A DNA stretch of 64,000 bases. Source: Nitrospira sp. (lineage in GTDB: Bacteria; Nitrospirota; Nitrospiria; Nitrospirales; Nitrospiraceae). Position numbers and translations under genes: made by a program. The DNA is taken from NCBI GenBank assembly GCA_047150005.1, contig AP038806.1:3616001-3680000 (forward strand), given 5' to 3'. The notes beneath the pieces were generated by a model. That model ran no database searches. It saw only the letters and a program-made list of their open reading frames with translations, and had not been told where the DNA came from. Positions 10,107 to 20,022 of the stretch are shown here, piece after piece (position 1 is the stretch's first letter; every line of letters begins with the position of its first letter).

Positions 10107-10910
10107 TTAAATCGTGCACGTGACCGTGTAGTCGGTGCTCAGATCGGTAATGGACGGGTTGGGACCGCAGAGGCGGCAGGCGGGATCCTTGGGGCGTCCG
10201 ACCTTGCGAAACTTCATTTCAAGGGCGTCGTAGATCAGCAGGCGGTCGGCGATGGTCTCGCCGATGTCGAGGATCTCCTTGATCGCTTCGGAAGCTTGCA
10301 GCACGCCCATGGTACCGGCCAAGACGCCGAGTACCCCGGCTTCCTGACAATTCGGGACCAAGCCGGCGGGCGGCGGCTCCGGATACAGACATCGGTAGCA
10401 GGGATAGCCGGCATGCGGCTTGATCGTCGTCAGCTGCCCCTCGAAGCGGAACATGCTGGCGGAGATCAACGTTTTCTTGGCGAAGAAGCAGGCGTCGTTT
10501 ACCAAAAATCGCGTCGCAAAGTTATCCGACCCGTCCAGCACGATATCGTATTCCTTGATCAGCGGCAGGATGTTGTCGGCGTCGACGAGCTGATGATATG
10601 TCTTGATCGAGATCTCCGGGTTGATCGCCGCCAAGGTGTTCCGGCCGGACTCGACCTTGGGCTGCCCGAGGCTGGCAGTGGAATGAAGGATCTGCCGCTG
10701 GAGATTGGAGAGATCGACCACGTCGCCGTCCACCAGCCCGATCGTGCCGATTCCCGCTGCGGCCAGATAGAGGGCGGCCGGTGAGCCGAGGCCTCCGGCG
10801 CCGATCAGCAGTACCCTGGCGCTGTTGAGCTTGAGCTGCCCTTTCCCTCCGACGTCTTGAAGGATGATATGCCGGCTATACCGTTGGACTTGCTGGTCGG
10901 TCAGTTCCAT
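10107..10910 (-). CDS. moeB: MoeB/ThiF-family E1-like adenylyltransferase (copy 2)
   Basis: RYSRH, GAGGLGS, SNLQRQ, CYRC, catalytic NCQEAG, CRLC. Confidence 0.93.
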   Translation of the reverse strand: MELTDQQVQRYSRHIILQDVGGKGQLKLNSARVLLIGAGGLGSPAALYLAAAGIGTIGLVDGDVVDLSNLQRQILHSTASLGQPKVESGRNTLAAINPEISIKTYHQLVDADNILPLIKEYDIVLDGSDNFATRFLVNDACFFAKKTLISASMFRFEGQLTTIKPHAGYPCYRCLYPEPPPAGLVPNCQEAGVLGVLAGTMGVLQASEAIKEILDIGETIADRLLIYDALEMKFRKVGRPKDPACRLCGPNPSITDLSTDYTVTCTI

Positions 10911-10950
10911 GATTGATCACACCTGCCTGGTGAATCGTGACGCCGTAAAA

Positions 10951-11196
10951 CTATTCCACGACGTTCAACTCGATCGGATCGACGACGACGCCCTTTTTGC
11001 GAAGCCCGTCGACCGCGCGTTCGATCTCGGCGGTCTCGCCGGTCAGCTCGAGATCCATCCACCCGGTCGTTTCACGGACATCGGCGCGCCGGACGTTCGT
11101 AACCACTTTGAACTCCCGGCCGATCTCATAGATGACGGGTTCCTTGATCTTCTCTTCCGGAAAACGGATGTGAAAGCGCATGTTGGACATGGTCAA
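10951..11196 (-). CDS. NIL-domain protein
   Basis: EPVIYEIGREF.VVTNVRRA...GWMDLELTG pattern of NIL domains. Confidence 0.85.
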   Translation of the reverse strand: MTMSNMRFHIRFPEEKIKEPVIYEIGREFKVVTNVRRADVRETTGWMDLELTGETAEIERAVDGLRKKGVVVDPIELNVVE

Positions 11197-11465
11197 CCTC
11201 CCGCGATGGCGGGCACGATGGACACTTCGTCGCCGTCGTTCAGCGACGTTTCTTTCCCCTTGAGAAACCGGATATCCTCTTCGTTGACATAGATATTGAC
11301 GAACCGCCGCAGCTCGCCGGTTTCATCGCAAAGCCTGTCTTTTAGTCCCGGATGGGCCTGATTCAGCGTGTCGATCATGGCCGCGATGTTGCCGGCCTGC
11401 GCCTCGACCTCACTTTTGCCTTTTGTTAACGGGCGGAGCGGAGTCGGAATGCGAACCTTAATCAT
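11193..11465 (-). CDS. MoaD/ThiS/CysO-family ubiquitin-like sulfur carrier
   Basis: VRIPTPLR...VNIYVN.EDI...PAIAGG, C-terminal GG. Confidence 0.93.
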   Translation of the reverse strand: MIKVRIPTPLRPLTKGKSEVEAQAGNIAAMIDTLNQAHPGLKDRLCDETGELRRFVNIYVNEEDIRFLKGKETSLNDGDEVSIVPAIAGG

Positions 11466-12709
11466 GCGTCACCACCATTTTTCCCCATCTTGAACGTCTT
11501 TTCAAAGGCCACCAAGCTCGGAGAAATCCGAACCGGGCGGCCCACGGCGTCAATCACGGCTTCCTGAGTCTTGAGACCGTTACCGGTAATATAGGCCACC
11601 GTGACGTCGGATTTCTTGATCGTGCCCTGTTTGACGAGCTTCCGCAGAACCCCGATCGTGACGCCGCCCGCCGTTTCGGCGAAAATGCCTTCGGTCTGGG
11701 CCAGCAGCTTGATGCCGTCCACCACTTCCTCGTCGGATACCATGTCCATGGCGCCCTTGCTTTCCGCCGTGGCTTTCAAGGCGTAGTAGCCGTCGGCCGG
11801 GTTGCCGATTGCCAGCGACTTGGCGATCGTCTTGGGTTTCACCGGCTTGAAAAAGTCCCGTCCGGCCTTGAACGCCGTCGAAATCGGCGAGCAGCCTTCC
11901 GCTTGAGCCCCGTTGATCCTGGTCCGGACCTCGTCGATGAGCCCGAGAGCCTTCATCTCATGGAGACCCTTCCAAATCTTGGTCAGGAGCGAGCCCGAGG
12001 CCATGGGAATCACGACCTGGTCCGGCGTGCGCCAGCCGAGCTGTTCGACCGTTTCGAACGCCAGCGTTTTCGACCCTTCCGCATAATACGGACGGATGTT
12101 GATGTTGACGAAGGCCCAGCCGTGCTCACCGGCGATTTCGCTGCACAGACGGTTGACGTCGTCGTAATTGCCCTCGATCTCGACCACATTGGGCTTGTAG
12201 ATCAGGTTGCCGAGCACCTTGGCCGCTTCCAAATCGCCGGGGATGAAGACGTAGCAGCGCATGCCCGCCGCGGCCGCGTGGGCCGCCACCGAATTGGCAA
12301 GATTGCCGGTCGAGGCGCAGGCCACGGTTTCGAAGCCCAACTCGCGCGCCCGCGTCAGCGCGACCGCGACGACACGATCCTTGAATGACAGGGTGGGGTG
12401 ATTCACCGTATCGTTCTTGATGTACAGCTCGTCCAGCCCGAGATAGGCCCCGAGATTCTTGGCCCGCACCAACGGCGTGAAGCCCGCATGAGGCCCGAGG
12501 AAGGCGGGGCCTTCCACCGGGAGCAGATCGGCATAGCGCCACATGCTGCGCGGTCCCGCCTCGATCTTCTGCCGCGACACGGTCTTCTTGATCTCGTCGT
12601 AGTTGTATTTCACTTCGAGCGGCCCGAAGCACATCTCGCAGACGTGGATCGCCTTGGTCGGATACTCCTTGCCGCACTCACGGCACGTCAACGCTTTCAT
12701 CTTGGCCAT
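11462..12709 (-). CDS. thrC: Threonine synthase-like PLP enzyme
   Basis: N-terminal CxxC/CxxC, PTLSFKDR PLP lysine, ASTGN, EGSKT, ITGNGLK. Confidence 0.88.
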   Translation of the reverse strand: MAKMKALTCRECGKEYPTKAIHVCEMCFGPLEVKYNYDEIKKTVSRQKIEAGPRSMWRYADLLPVEGPAFLGPHAGFTPLVRAKNLGAYLGLDELYIKNDTVNHPTLSFKDRVVAVALTRARELGFETVACASTGNLANSVAAHAAAAGMRCYVFIPGDLEAAKVLGNLIYKPNVVEIEGNYDDVNRLCSEIAGEHGWAFVNINIRPYYAEGSKTLAFETVEQLGWRTPDQVVIPMASGSLLTKIWKGLHEMKALGLIDEVRTRINGAQAEGCSPISTAFKAGRDFFKPVKPKTIAKSLAIGNPADGYYALKATAESKGAMDMVSDEEVVDGIKLLAQTEGIFAETAGGVTIGVLRKLVKQGTIKKSDVTVAYITGNGLKTQEAVIDAVGRPVRISPSLVAFEKTFKMGKNGGDA

Positions 12710-12736
12710 CGTGACACCACCTTCGACATTCTGTGG

Positions 12737-13549
12737 TTACGGTCTAACCGAACAGCCCGCGAATGGATCTCCGTCGTCGAACAACTCCGTGATCGTCGGA
12801 TGTTCGCCGCACAAGGCGCACGCGGGATTGCGCTTCACCTTGATCTCCCTGAACTGCGTCTTGCGCGCATCGTAATCGAGCAGGCGATCGGTCAACGGGC
12901 GACCGATGCCCAACACGAGTTTCAGCGCCTCCGTCGCCTGAATCGTTCCGATCACGCCGGCCAGCACGCCGATGACGCCAGCCTCCTGACAGGAGGCGAC
13001 CAACCCCGCCGGCGGGGGATTCTTGAACACACAACGGTAGCAGGCGGATTTTCGCGGCAGGATGGTCGTGACGCGCCCGTCGAAACGCAGGATCCCGCCG
13101 TGCACCAGCGGCTTGTCGGCAAAGAAACAGGCGTCGTTGATCAGGAACTTCGCCGTGAAGTTGTCCACGCCGTCGATCACCACGTCGTAGTCCTGGAAGA
13201 TCTTGATGGCATTACCCGCCGTCAACCGCTCTTCGTACATCGTCACGGCCACGTCGGGATTGAGGCCTTGGATCTTTTCCTTTCCCGACAGGACCTTGGG
13301 GCGTCCGACATCGGGCGTATGGTGGAGAATCTGGCGCTGGAGGTTCGTGATGTCCACCACATCGCTGTCGACCAGACCCAGCCTGCCGACTCCCGCCGCC
13401 GCCAGATAGAGGGCCGCTGGCGATCCGAGACCGCCGGCGCCGACCAGGAGGATCCGCGCCTTCGCGAGCTTCTTCTGGCCCTTCCCACCGACCTCCGGCA
13501 GAAGAATGTGGCGGCTGTATCGGTTGATTTGTTCTTCGGTGAATTCCAT
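12737..13549 (-). CDS. moeB: MoeB/ThiF-family E1-like adenylyltransferase (copy 1)
   Basis: RYSRH, GAGGLGS, NLQRQ, CYRC, SCQEAG, CALC. Confidence 0.93.
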   Translation of the reverse strand: MEFTEEQINRYSRHILLPEVGGKGQKKLAKARILLVGAGGLGSPAALYLAAAGVGRLGLVDSDVVDITNLQRQILHHTPDVGRPKVLSGKEKIQGLNPDVAVTMYEERLTAGNAIKIFQDYDVVIDGVDNFTAKFLINDACFFADKPLVHGGILRFDGRVTTILPRKSACYRCVFKNPPPAGLVASCQEAGVIGVLAGVIGTIQATEALKLVLGIGRPLTDRLLDYDARKTQFREIKVKRNPACALCGEHPTITELFDDGDPFAGCSVRP

Positions 13550-13618
13550 TGTATCGCTCGTCGTTCGTGACGCGTCGGAATTCGGACGAGATACGCTTCA
13601 CGACATCCGCTTCACGCG

Positions 13619-14542
13619 TCAGATATTAAAGTATTTTTCGATGCTGATGTAGCGCTCGCCCGTGTCGCACAGAATCGTCACCACGTTTTTCCCCGGCCCC
13701 AGCTCTTCCGCAATCTTCTGTGCGGCGAAGACATTGGCGCCGGCCGAAATCCCGACCAGGATCCCTTCCTGCTTGGAGATCCGCTTGGCCGTCTGATAGG
13801 CCTCGTCGTCCGTCACCGTCATCACGCGGTCGATCACCTTCCTGTTCAGCACCTTGGGAATGAACCCCGCTCCGATCCCTTGGATCTTATGGGGACCCGG
13901 TTCCCCCCCGGACAGGACAGGGGAGCCGGCTGGCTCGACGGCGACGACTTGGACGTTCGGATTACGCTCTTTGAAGACTTCTCCACACCCGGTGATCGTG
14001 CCCCCCGTCCCCACGGCCGCGACAAAGGCGTCGATCTTTCCGTCCATCGCCTCGAGAATCTCCAGAGCTGTCGTCATGCGGTGCATGGCCGGATTCGCAG
14101 GATTCGAAAATTGATCGGGCATGAAATACGACGGATTCTGTGCGAGCAAACTTTCCGCCTCGCGAATCGACCCCTTCATGCCTTCCCAGGCCGGAGTCAG
14201 CACGAGCTGGGCTCCGTACGACGACAACAAGCTTGCGCGCTCCATGCTCATGCTCTCCGGCATGACGAGAATGAGCTTATACCCCCGGACTGCGGAGATG
14301 AGAGCCAACCCGATGCCCGTGTTGCCGCTCGTCGGCTCGACGATCGTGCCGCCGGGCTTGAGCTTGCCTTGCCGTTCCGCCTCGTTGATCATATTGAGGC
14401 AGATTCGATCCTTGACACTGCCGCCCGGGTTGAAAAACTCGACCTTGCCGTAGATGGTCGCGCTGCCGGGTTTGCTCAGACGGTTCAGGCGCACGAGCGG
14501 CGTGTGCCCGATCGCCTCGGTGATCTCTTTGTGCAGGGGCAT
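13619..14542 (-). CDS. cysK: Cysteine synthase A (O-acetylserine sulfhydrylase)
   Basis: NPGGSVKDR, EPTSGNTG, GTGGT, HKIQGIGAGF, DTGERY. Confidence 0.95.
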   Translation of the reverse strand: MPLHKEITEAIGHTPLVRLNRLSKPGSATIYGKVEFFNPGGSVKDRICLNMINEAERQGKLKPGGTIVEPTSGNTGIGLALISAVRGYKLILVMPESMSMERASLLSSYGAQLVLTPAWEGMKGSIREAESLLAQNPSYFMPDQFSNPANPAMHRMTTALEILEAMDGKIDAFVAAVGTGGTITGCGEVFKERNPNVQVVAVEPAGSPVLSGGEPGPHKIQGIGAGFIPKVLNRKVIDRVMTVTDDEAYQTAKRISKQEGILVGISAGANVFAAQKIAEELGPGKNVVTILCDTGERYISIEKYFNI

Positions 14543-14544
14543 GA

Positions 14545-14745
14545 TCAACAACCGCCCCCCATATAGAACAGGAACTCGAGTCGGTCGCCTTCCTTCAGCG
14601 TCGTCGTGGCCAGTTGCGCCCGCTCGATCATGGCATCGTTGACTTCTACGGCCACCATCTGCGGCTCGATCTTCCTGGCTTGCAGCAGGTCCAAGATCGT
14701 TTCCCCGAATATCTCTTCGACCTTGCCGTTGATCTTGACTTGCAT
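14545..14745 (-). CDS. thiS: ThiS-family sulfur carrier protein
   Basis: 66 aa, VAVEVN...GDRLE...MGGGC. Confidence 0.9.
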   Translation of the reverse strand: MQVKINGKVEEIFGETILDLLQARKIEPQMVAVEVNDAMIERAQLATTTLKEGDRLEFLFYMGGGC

Positions 14746-14785
14746 GAAATCTCCTAACTTGGCCCAGGGATTAAAGAATTTAGAC

Positions 14786-14815
14786 AGACTAACAAACTGC
14801 CCGCACGAAAGTCAA
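14786..14815 (-). promoter_or_regulatory. Candidate sigma70 promoter for the sulfur-carrier operon
   Basis: TTGACT-N18-TAGTCT on the minus strand, about 40 nt upstream of thiS. Confidence 0.4.
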
Positions 14816-14841
14816 CGGAACGGAGCCCATAAGGTCGTTGC

Positions 14842-14871
14842 TTGACATTGCGGCGGATCCACCGCCACTAT
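14842..14871 (+). promoter_or_regulatory. Candidate sigma70 promoter (divergent)
   Basis: TTGACA-N18-CACTAT upstream of ATG 14898. Confidence 0.4.
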
Positions 14872-14897
14872 GCACGACTTCTCGAGAGGAGTGCGGC

Positions 14898-15275
14898 ATG
14901 TGGAAACGCAATTTCATGTTCCGGGCGAGCGACGCGACGCCGCTCAAGGAATCCGAGAATGAACTGTTCCATGAGACCGACCCGGCCATGGACAGCGCCG
15001 GTCTGCAGTTAGAGAAGTTTTTGTCGGTTTGGATTCAAGGCGACGGCGAAGACGACAGCCCGTCGGCGTACACCAACATGTATGTCAGGACTGCGACGCT
15101 GGATTTCCAGCGTCGCGTCGGGTTTTTGCAGCCGCTCCAGGGACGCACGCATCAGATCAAGCAATTGTTGACGCCGGGCCAGAAGCAATTCCTACGGGAA
15201 TGGCTCTCGAGCAACGCTCCCCATGCGTGGGCCTCGACCGACGACCACTTCAAGCTGCTGTTCGAACACGAATGA
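14898..15275 (+). CDS. Hypothetical protein
   Basis: GAGGAG RBS, ATG 14898; stop coupled to next gene (ATGA). Confidence 0.7.
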   Translation: MWKRNFMFRASDATPLKESENELFHETDPAMDSAGLQLEKFLSVWIQGDGEDDSPSAYTNMYVRTATLDFQRRVGFLQPLQGRTHQIKQLLTPGQKQFLREWLSSNAPHAWASTDDHFKLLFEHE

Positions 15276-15838
15276 GCGGCCGCCCGGCTTCCAGTCTCAA
15301 CCGGAACAGATGTATCTTTGCGGCCTGTCTGCTGTGGGTTCTGCAGGGCCTATCCGGAGGTCAGACCGCCGGCGCCACCATCGAGATCTACTATGCTCCG
15401 GAAGAAACTCCGCTCGACCGGGTCGTGGCGCTCTATGACCAGGCCAGACGCTATATCTATGTGTCGGTCTATGGATTCACCTCGGCCCGCGCGGTGGAGG
15501 CGCTGGTGGCGGCCAGGAAACGGGGACTCGACGTGCGGCTGATTACGGACCAGGAGCGCACGCTCGACGTCAAGCAGCGGAGCGCGCTCCATACCCTCCG
15601 CCTTGCGGGCATTCCCATCCGCGTCAATCGGCACGACGGGTTGATGCATTTGAAACAGATCGTGATCGACGACGCCGTCAACACGTCCGGCTCCATGAAT
15701 CATACGACGAGCGGGAACCGATACAACGACGAACGCCTCGACGTCGTCACAGACCACGCGACGACGGTCAAGGCTCGTGAAAAATTCCTGGCGATGTGGA
15801 ACGATCGGGAACGGTTCGAACCCTGGGTTGAGGAATGA
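15272..15838 (+). CDS. Phospholipase D/Nuc-family protein (single HKD), exported
   Basis: HLKQIVID (HxKxxxxD) plus GSMNHT; hydrophobic N-terminus. Confidence 0.88.
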   Translation: MSGRPASSLNRNRCIFAACLLWVLQGLSGGQTAGATIEIYYAPEETPLDRVVALYDQARRYIYVSVYGFTSARAVEALVAARKRGLDVRLITDQERTLDVKQRSALHTLRLAGIPIRVNRHDGLMHLKQIVIDDAVNTSGSMNHTTSGNRYNDERLDVVTDHATTVKAREKFLAMWNDRERFEPWVEE

Positions 15839-15844
15839 CGGGCC

Positions 15845-17134
15845 ATGGCCGAGCTGGTTGAAGACACCGATGTGGTGGTAGTGGGAGCGGGCGGGGGAGG
15901 GGCGGTCCTCGCCCTGGCCCTGGCGCAGAAGGGGATCCGCACCGTCGTCTTGGATCAGGCGCCGGGACCGCCGCAGGGACTGCGGGGCGAGATCCTGCAG
16001 CCGAACGGGCAGGCGGTGTTGGACCGGCTCGGCGTCCTGCAATCGTTACCGGCCGAGGCCACCAGGTCCGTACGGCATTTTCATTTTTGCCGCGCAGGCG
16101 GCCGACGACTCTGCACGATCGACTACGGCGATTTGCCGATGCCCTTCAACCGCGCCATCGTCACGCTGCCGAACGTGGCGCACCATGCCATCGTCGCGGC
16201 CGTCGAACGACAGCCCAGCGTCAGTCTCCGATACCGGACGTCCTTCGCAGGCATCCTGTCGGAGGACGCCCGTGTCACCGGCCTGAGATGCGAAGGCCCC
16301 GACGGAGCGCGGACCATCCGCGCGAAGGTCGTCGTCGGCGCCGACGGGGCGTTTTCGAAAGTGCGCGAAGCGCTGGCGATCCCCGCTTCGGTGCATCTCT
16401 ACCGCGAAGGTTATCTGATCGCCATCATCGAGACCGAGCAGGAACTCACGGATTCGTTCTACTATGTGGGACACCGGCAAATTCTGGGCATATTTCCCGC
16501 CACAGGCAAGAAGGTCTACCTGTTTTACATGATTCCAAGCGGGTCGACCGACGCCGTGAAACAGCGCGGGATTCCGGCGTTGCAGCAGACGTGGAGCGCC
16601 ATCGCCCCGAATTTTGCTCCATTGTTTAACGGGCTGACCGACTGGAATCAAACCGCCTACATGCCGACGGGACGGGTGAAAACGCCGACCTGGGTCCGAA
16701 ACGGAGCCGTCCTCATCGGCGATGCGGCTCATGCCATGAACCCGCATGCCTCGCAGGGACGGATGCAGGCCATGGTCGACGCCATAACCCTGGCCGACCT
16801 CCTTCCGGATTGTCTCCGCGACGGCGACTGTTCGTCGAAACGTCTGCGCGCCTATGAGATCGCGCGCCGACCTCAGGTCACCATGCTGCAGCGGCTGGCC
16901 GACCAGCAAGTCTTCTACTGGAACACCGGCAACCTCGGCATCGCCTTTCTGCGGGACCGCGTGTTCCGGACGTTGGACAGAAATGCGCGACTGCGGTATC
17001 AAGTTCTTTCGACGACCGCCGGCCTGCGGACGACGGAACCCTTCACGCTCCTCGATCGCATCATCGCCGCGGGTTTTCTTCCTGATTTTCGCGCGGGTCA
17101 TTACCCGGCCATCCCCCACGACGGAGGACCATGA
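15845..17134 (+). CDS. FAD-dependent monooxygenase (UbiH-like)
   Basis: VVGAGGGG, VGADG, LIGDAAH..NPHASQG motifs. Confidence 0.9.
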   Translation: MAELVEDTDVVVVGAGGGGAVLALALAQKGIRTVVLDQAPGPPQGLRGEILQPNGQAVLDRLGVLQSLPAEATRSVRHFHFCRAGGRRLCTIDYGDLPMPFNRAIVTLPNVAHHAIVAAVERQPSVSLRYRTSFAGILSEDARVTGLRCEGPDGARTIRAKVVVGADGAFSKVREALAIPASVHLYREGYLIAIIETEQELTDSFYYVGHRQILGIFPATGKKVYLFYMIPSGSTDAVKQRGIPALQQTWSAIAPNFAPLFNGLTDWNQTAYMPTGRVKTPTWVRNGAVLIGDAAHAMNPHASQGRMQAMVDAITLADLLPDCLRDGDCSSKRLRAYEIARRPQVTMLQRLADQQVFYWNTGNLGIAFLRDRVFRTLDRNARLRYQVLSTTAGLRTTEPFTLLDRIIAAGFLPDFRAGHYPAIPHDGGP

Positions 17135-17874
17135 GCGAACGCATCATCGAGGGACTGCCGGACGACACGCAACGGATCGTGCAGAGCTACGCCAAGGACG
17201 TCAAGCAGGCATTCGGCGAGCGGGTAGAAGGCCTGCTCATCTATGGAAGCGCCGTCCGCGGCGAATTCCTACCGGGCCGTTCGAATCTCAATATGCTGCT
17301 CCTGATGGCCTCCTACAACGCGGAGACGCTTCGCGCCTATGCACCGCTGCACAAACGCTGGAGCAAAGAACAAATCGTCGTGCCGCTGTTCCTCACGGAC
17401 CAGGAACTGACCGACTCCTCGGCGCTCTTTCCCCTGGAGTTTCTGGAAATTCAGGACTGCCATCGAGTGCTGGGGGGACGCGATCCGTTCGTCGGCTATC
17501 ATATCAATAGGGACCGCCTCGGCGATCAGGTTCTCCAAGGACTTGCCGGCCATGTGCTTCGCCTGCGGCAACGTTTTGCCGAGGCAGGCGGCGCCGACGA
17601 TGCGGTGACCATTCTGCTCCCGCTGTCCGTGACCTCCGTCGTTCCGCTGCTCAGGGGACTCCAACGGTTGCTGAACCGGCCGGTCTCGACTCAATCTGAT
17701 GCCGTCATCTCGGACATGGCCGGACACTTCAAGATCGATTTGCAAGGCCTGCGCGACGCGCTGGCGCTCAAGCGCGGGCAGATGACTCCCGGCCGGAGTG
17801 AAGTTCCACGCCTGTTCGATCGCTACCTGCAGGCCGTCTCGATCCTGTCCTCCACCGCGCTCACGCTGCGATGA
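17131..17874 (+). CDS. Pol-beta nucleotidyltransferase-fold protein, probably degenerate
   Basis: LIYGSAVRGE...SNLNMLLL: GS motif present, acidic DxD replaced by NxN. Confidence 0.7.
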   Translation: MSERIIEGLPDDTQRIVQSYAKDVKQAFGERVEGLLIYGSAVRGEFLPGRSNLNMLLLMASYNAETLRAYAPLHKRWSKEQIVVPLFLTDQELTDSSALFPLEFLEIQDCHRVLGGRDPFVGYHINRDRLGDQVLQGLAGHVLRLRQRFAEAGGADDAVTILLPLSVTSVVPLLRGLQRLLNRPVSTQSDAVISDMAGHFKIDLQGLRDALALKRGQMTPGRSEVPRLFDRYLQAVSILSSTALTLR

Positions 17875-18608
17875 GACGCAAACTTCTCCTGATCGTATCC
17901 GGATTCGTGCTGTTCATTGGAACGGCCTCGGTAACAGCCTCGGCCCGCCCCTATGACCGGCCGACGGTCAAGCTGCCGGATCCGATGGGCTACGTCAGCG
18001 ATCACGCCCAGATTCTGGATACAGATTGGAAAGCGAGAATCAGATCGGTCTGTCAGGACCTCGAGCGAAAGACCGGTGTGGAGATGGTCGTGGTGACCGT
18101 ACCGACGATCAAGCCCTTCGGCTCGGCCAACGACTTCGCCGACGCGCTGTATGAGAAATGGGGCATCGGCTCGACGCAGCAAGAACATGGCATTCTCGTG
18201 CTCCTTGCCGTCGACGAGCGGCAGGCGGCCATGACACTCGGAAGGCAGATGTTGCCGGTCATTACGCCGGCCGTGATGAATCAAGTCGGCAACGAGTATC
18301 TCCATCCGGCCGTGGAACGGGGACATTTCGACGAAGGACTCTATCGAACCGTAGTCGCCCTGGCCTCCGCATCCCAAGAGGTCAGAACCGGAACCCTCTC
18401 CAAGACGCACTACCGAAAACTGGGTATCTGGATCACCGTCTTGACCAGTCTCGGGGCGTTGCTGTTTCTCTGGTGGATCAGCCGGCCGGATCTTCGGCAT
18501 CCTTACCGACGGATCAGAAAAGCAGAATATTGGGGAACAGGACAGGGCGGATTCGGCGGCAACTGGGGCGGGTTCGGAGGAGGCACGAGCGGAGAGGGGT
18601 ATACGTAG
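17871..18608 (+). CDS. TPM-domain membrane protein
   Basis: YVSDHAQIL, KWGIG...GILVLLA, TM helix, Gly-rich tail GGFGGG. Confidence 0.88.
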   Translation: MRRKLLLIVSGFVLFIGTASVTASARPYDRPTVKLPDPMGYVSDHAQILDTDWKARIRSVCQDLERKTGVEMVVVTVPTIKPFGSANDFADALYEKWGIGSTQQEHGILVLLAVDERQAAMTLGRQMLPVITPAVMNQVGNEYLHPAVERGHFDEGLYRTVVALASASQEVRTGTLSKTHYRKLGIWITVLTSLGALLFLWWISRPDLRHPYRRIRKAEYWGTGQGGFGGNWGGFGGGTSGEGYT

Positions 18609-18671
18609 CGACCACGAGCGAAACTCGCGCCACACCGTAGCATGACCCCATTTGCCTCCATGCAGACCTAG

Positions 18672-19849
18672 GGAAGGTCTGATTTATTCACATTTCCACT
18701 CAGAAATTTGTTCCTGGGCTGATCAGCAGGACGAATCCGGTAGGCATCCGCTGGTCCGGGAGCCTGTTCATGGGGCGCACCCACCGTCCGATGGCTCGTT
18801 GCCAGTCTCCGGACCCCCGTTCCCTACGTCTCCGCCAAAAGCCGTCGCCGCACCATGTACAGATTGGCCAAGCCGCAGCTGATCTGGAGCCAGTGGGTGT
18901 TCTTCGCCAACCCACGGTACCGGACTTTGGCCCAGCCGAAGATCCGCTTCATCACCAAGAACACATGTTCGACCTTCGCACGGACCTTCGACTTCGTCCG
19001 GTTCCTGGCCCGCTCCGGTTCACTCAGCGGCTGATGGCGATGGGCTTTCGTCTGCACGAAGCTCTTGGCCCTGGGGGCGTGGCGCTGCATCACGTCACGT
19101 TGCCCGCTATAAGCTGAGTCGCCCCACACCCGGGTCTCCTGCCCATGCAGCAGTTTGGGCAACACCTGACTGTCATGGATATTCGCCGCCGTGGCCGCGA
19201 CCGAATGAATCAGCTTGGTGCGGCTGTCCACGCCAATATGGGCCTTCATGCCGAAGTACCACTGGTTTCCCTTCTTTGTCTGATGCATCTCCGGATCCCG
19301 CTCCTTCGTACGATTCTTCGTCGAACTGGGGGCACTGATAATGGTGGCATCCACGATGGTGCCCCGGCTCACGGTCAAGCCCTGCGCCGCCAGATACGTG
19401 CCGATCCGCGCAAAGAGCTGTTTCCCCAACTCGTGGGCCTCCAAGAGATGCCGAAACTTGCAGATGGTCGTCTCGTCGGGCACGGGCTCACGGCCCAGAT
19501 CAATGCCCACGAACTGCCGCATGGCCCGCGAGTCGTACAACGCTTCCTCCACGGCGGGGTCCGACAGGTTGAACCATTGTTGCAGACAATGGAGGCGCAG
19601 CATGCGTTCGATCCCGATCGGTGGACGCCCCGGGCCCTCGGCCTTGGGATAGACCGGCTCGATCACGGCCACCAACTCCGCCCACGGCACCACGCGATCC
19701 ATCTCGTCGAGGAACCGCTCGCGGCGGGTGGGTTTGCGATACTGTTCGAACGTGCCCTCGGCAAAGGTCTGTTGCGGCATGGGGGTGCCTCCTCAGAAGT
19801 GAGGCGCCATCCTTAGCATATCTCGGAAGAGGAATAAATCAGACCTTCC
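18672..19849 (-). mobile_element. IS5-family insertion sequence, complete
   Basis: Perfect 18-bp terminal inverted repeats GGAAGGTCTGATTTATTC (18672-18689, 19832-19849) with CTAG target duplication (18668-18671, 19850-19853). Confidence 0.96.
18824..19780 (-). CDS. IS5-family DDE transposase
   Basis: LQQWFNLSD, VPDETT, IVDATII, GMKAHIGVD, WGDSAY, RAKVEH. Confidence 0.97.
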   Translation of the reverse strand: MPQQTFAEGTFEQYRKPTRRERFLDEMDRVVPWAELVAVIEPVYPKAEGPGRPPIGIERMLRLHCLQQWFNLSDPAVEEALYDSRAMRQFVGIDLGREPVPDETTICKFRHLLEAHELGKQLFARIGTYLAAQGLTVSRGTIVDATIISAPSSTKNRTKERDPEMHQTKKGNQWYFGMKAHIGVDSRTKLIHSVAATAANIHDSQVLPKLLHGQETRVWGDSAYSGQRDVMQRHAPRAKSFVQTKAHRHQPLSEPERARNRTKSKVRAKVEHVFLVMKRIFGWAKVRYRGLAKNTHWLQISCGLANLYMVRRRLLAET

Positions 19850-20022
19850 CTAGACGATCATGGCACTACGTGCTTGCCCTTCGAGCACAATTCCTCCGTA
19901 CGGTATTTCCTACGTTTCTACATGACCTCTCTGTGAGACGTTCGACCACTCACCCGCACCTCAAGCGACTCATCACCCCGAGATTTATCACGGAAGTTCT
20001 CACACCCGGAGCTTAACCGCTC

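Noticed and set aside
12398..13570. 390-aa plus-strand ORF opposite moeB/thrC
   Set aside because: Antisense shadow
15272..17874. NTase + PLD as a cyclic-nucleotide defence pair
   Set aside because: NTase lacks catalytic aspartates, PLD appears exported, context is core genome
19861..19877. Second sigma54-like TGGCAC...TTGC
   Set aside because: GG to GC spacing is 8 or 12 nt, not the required 10
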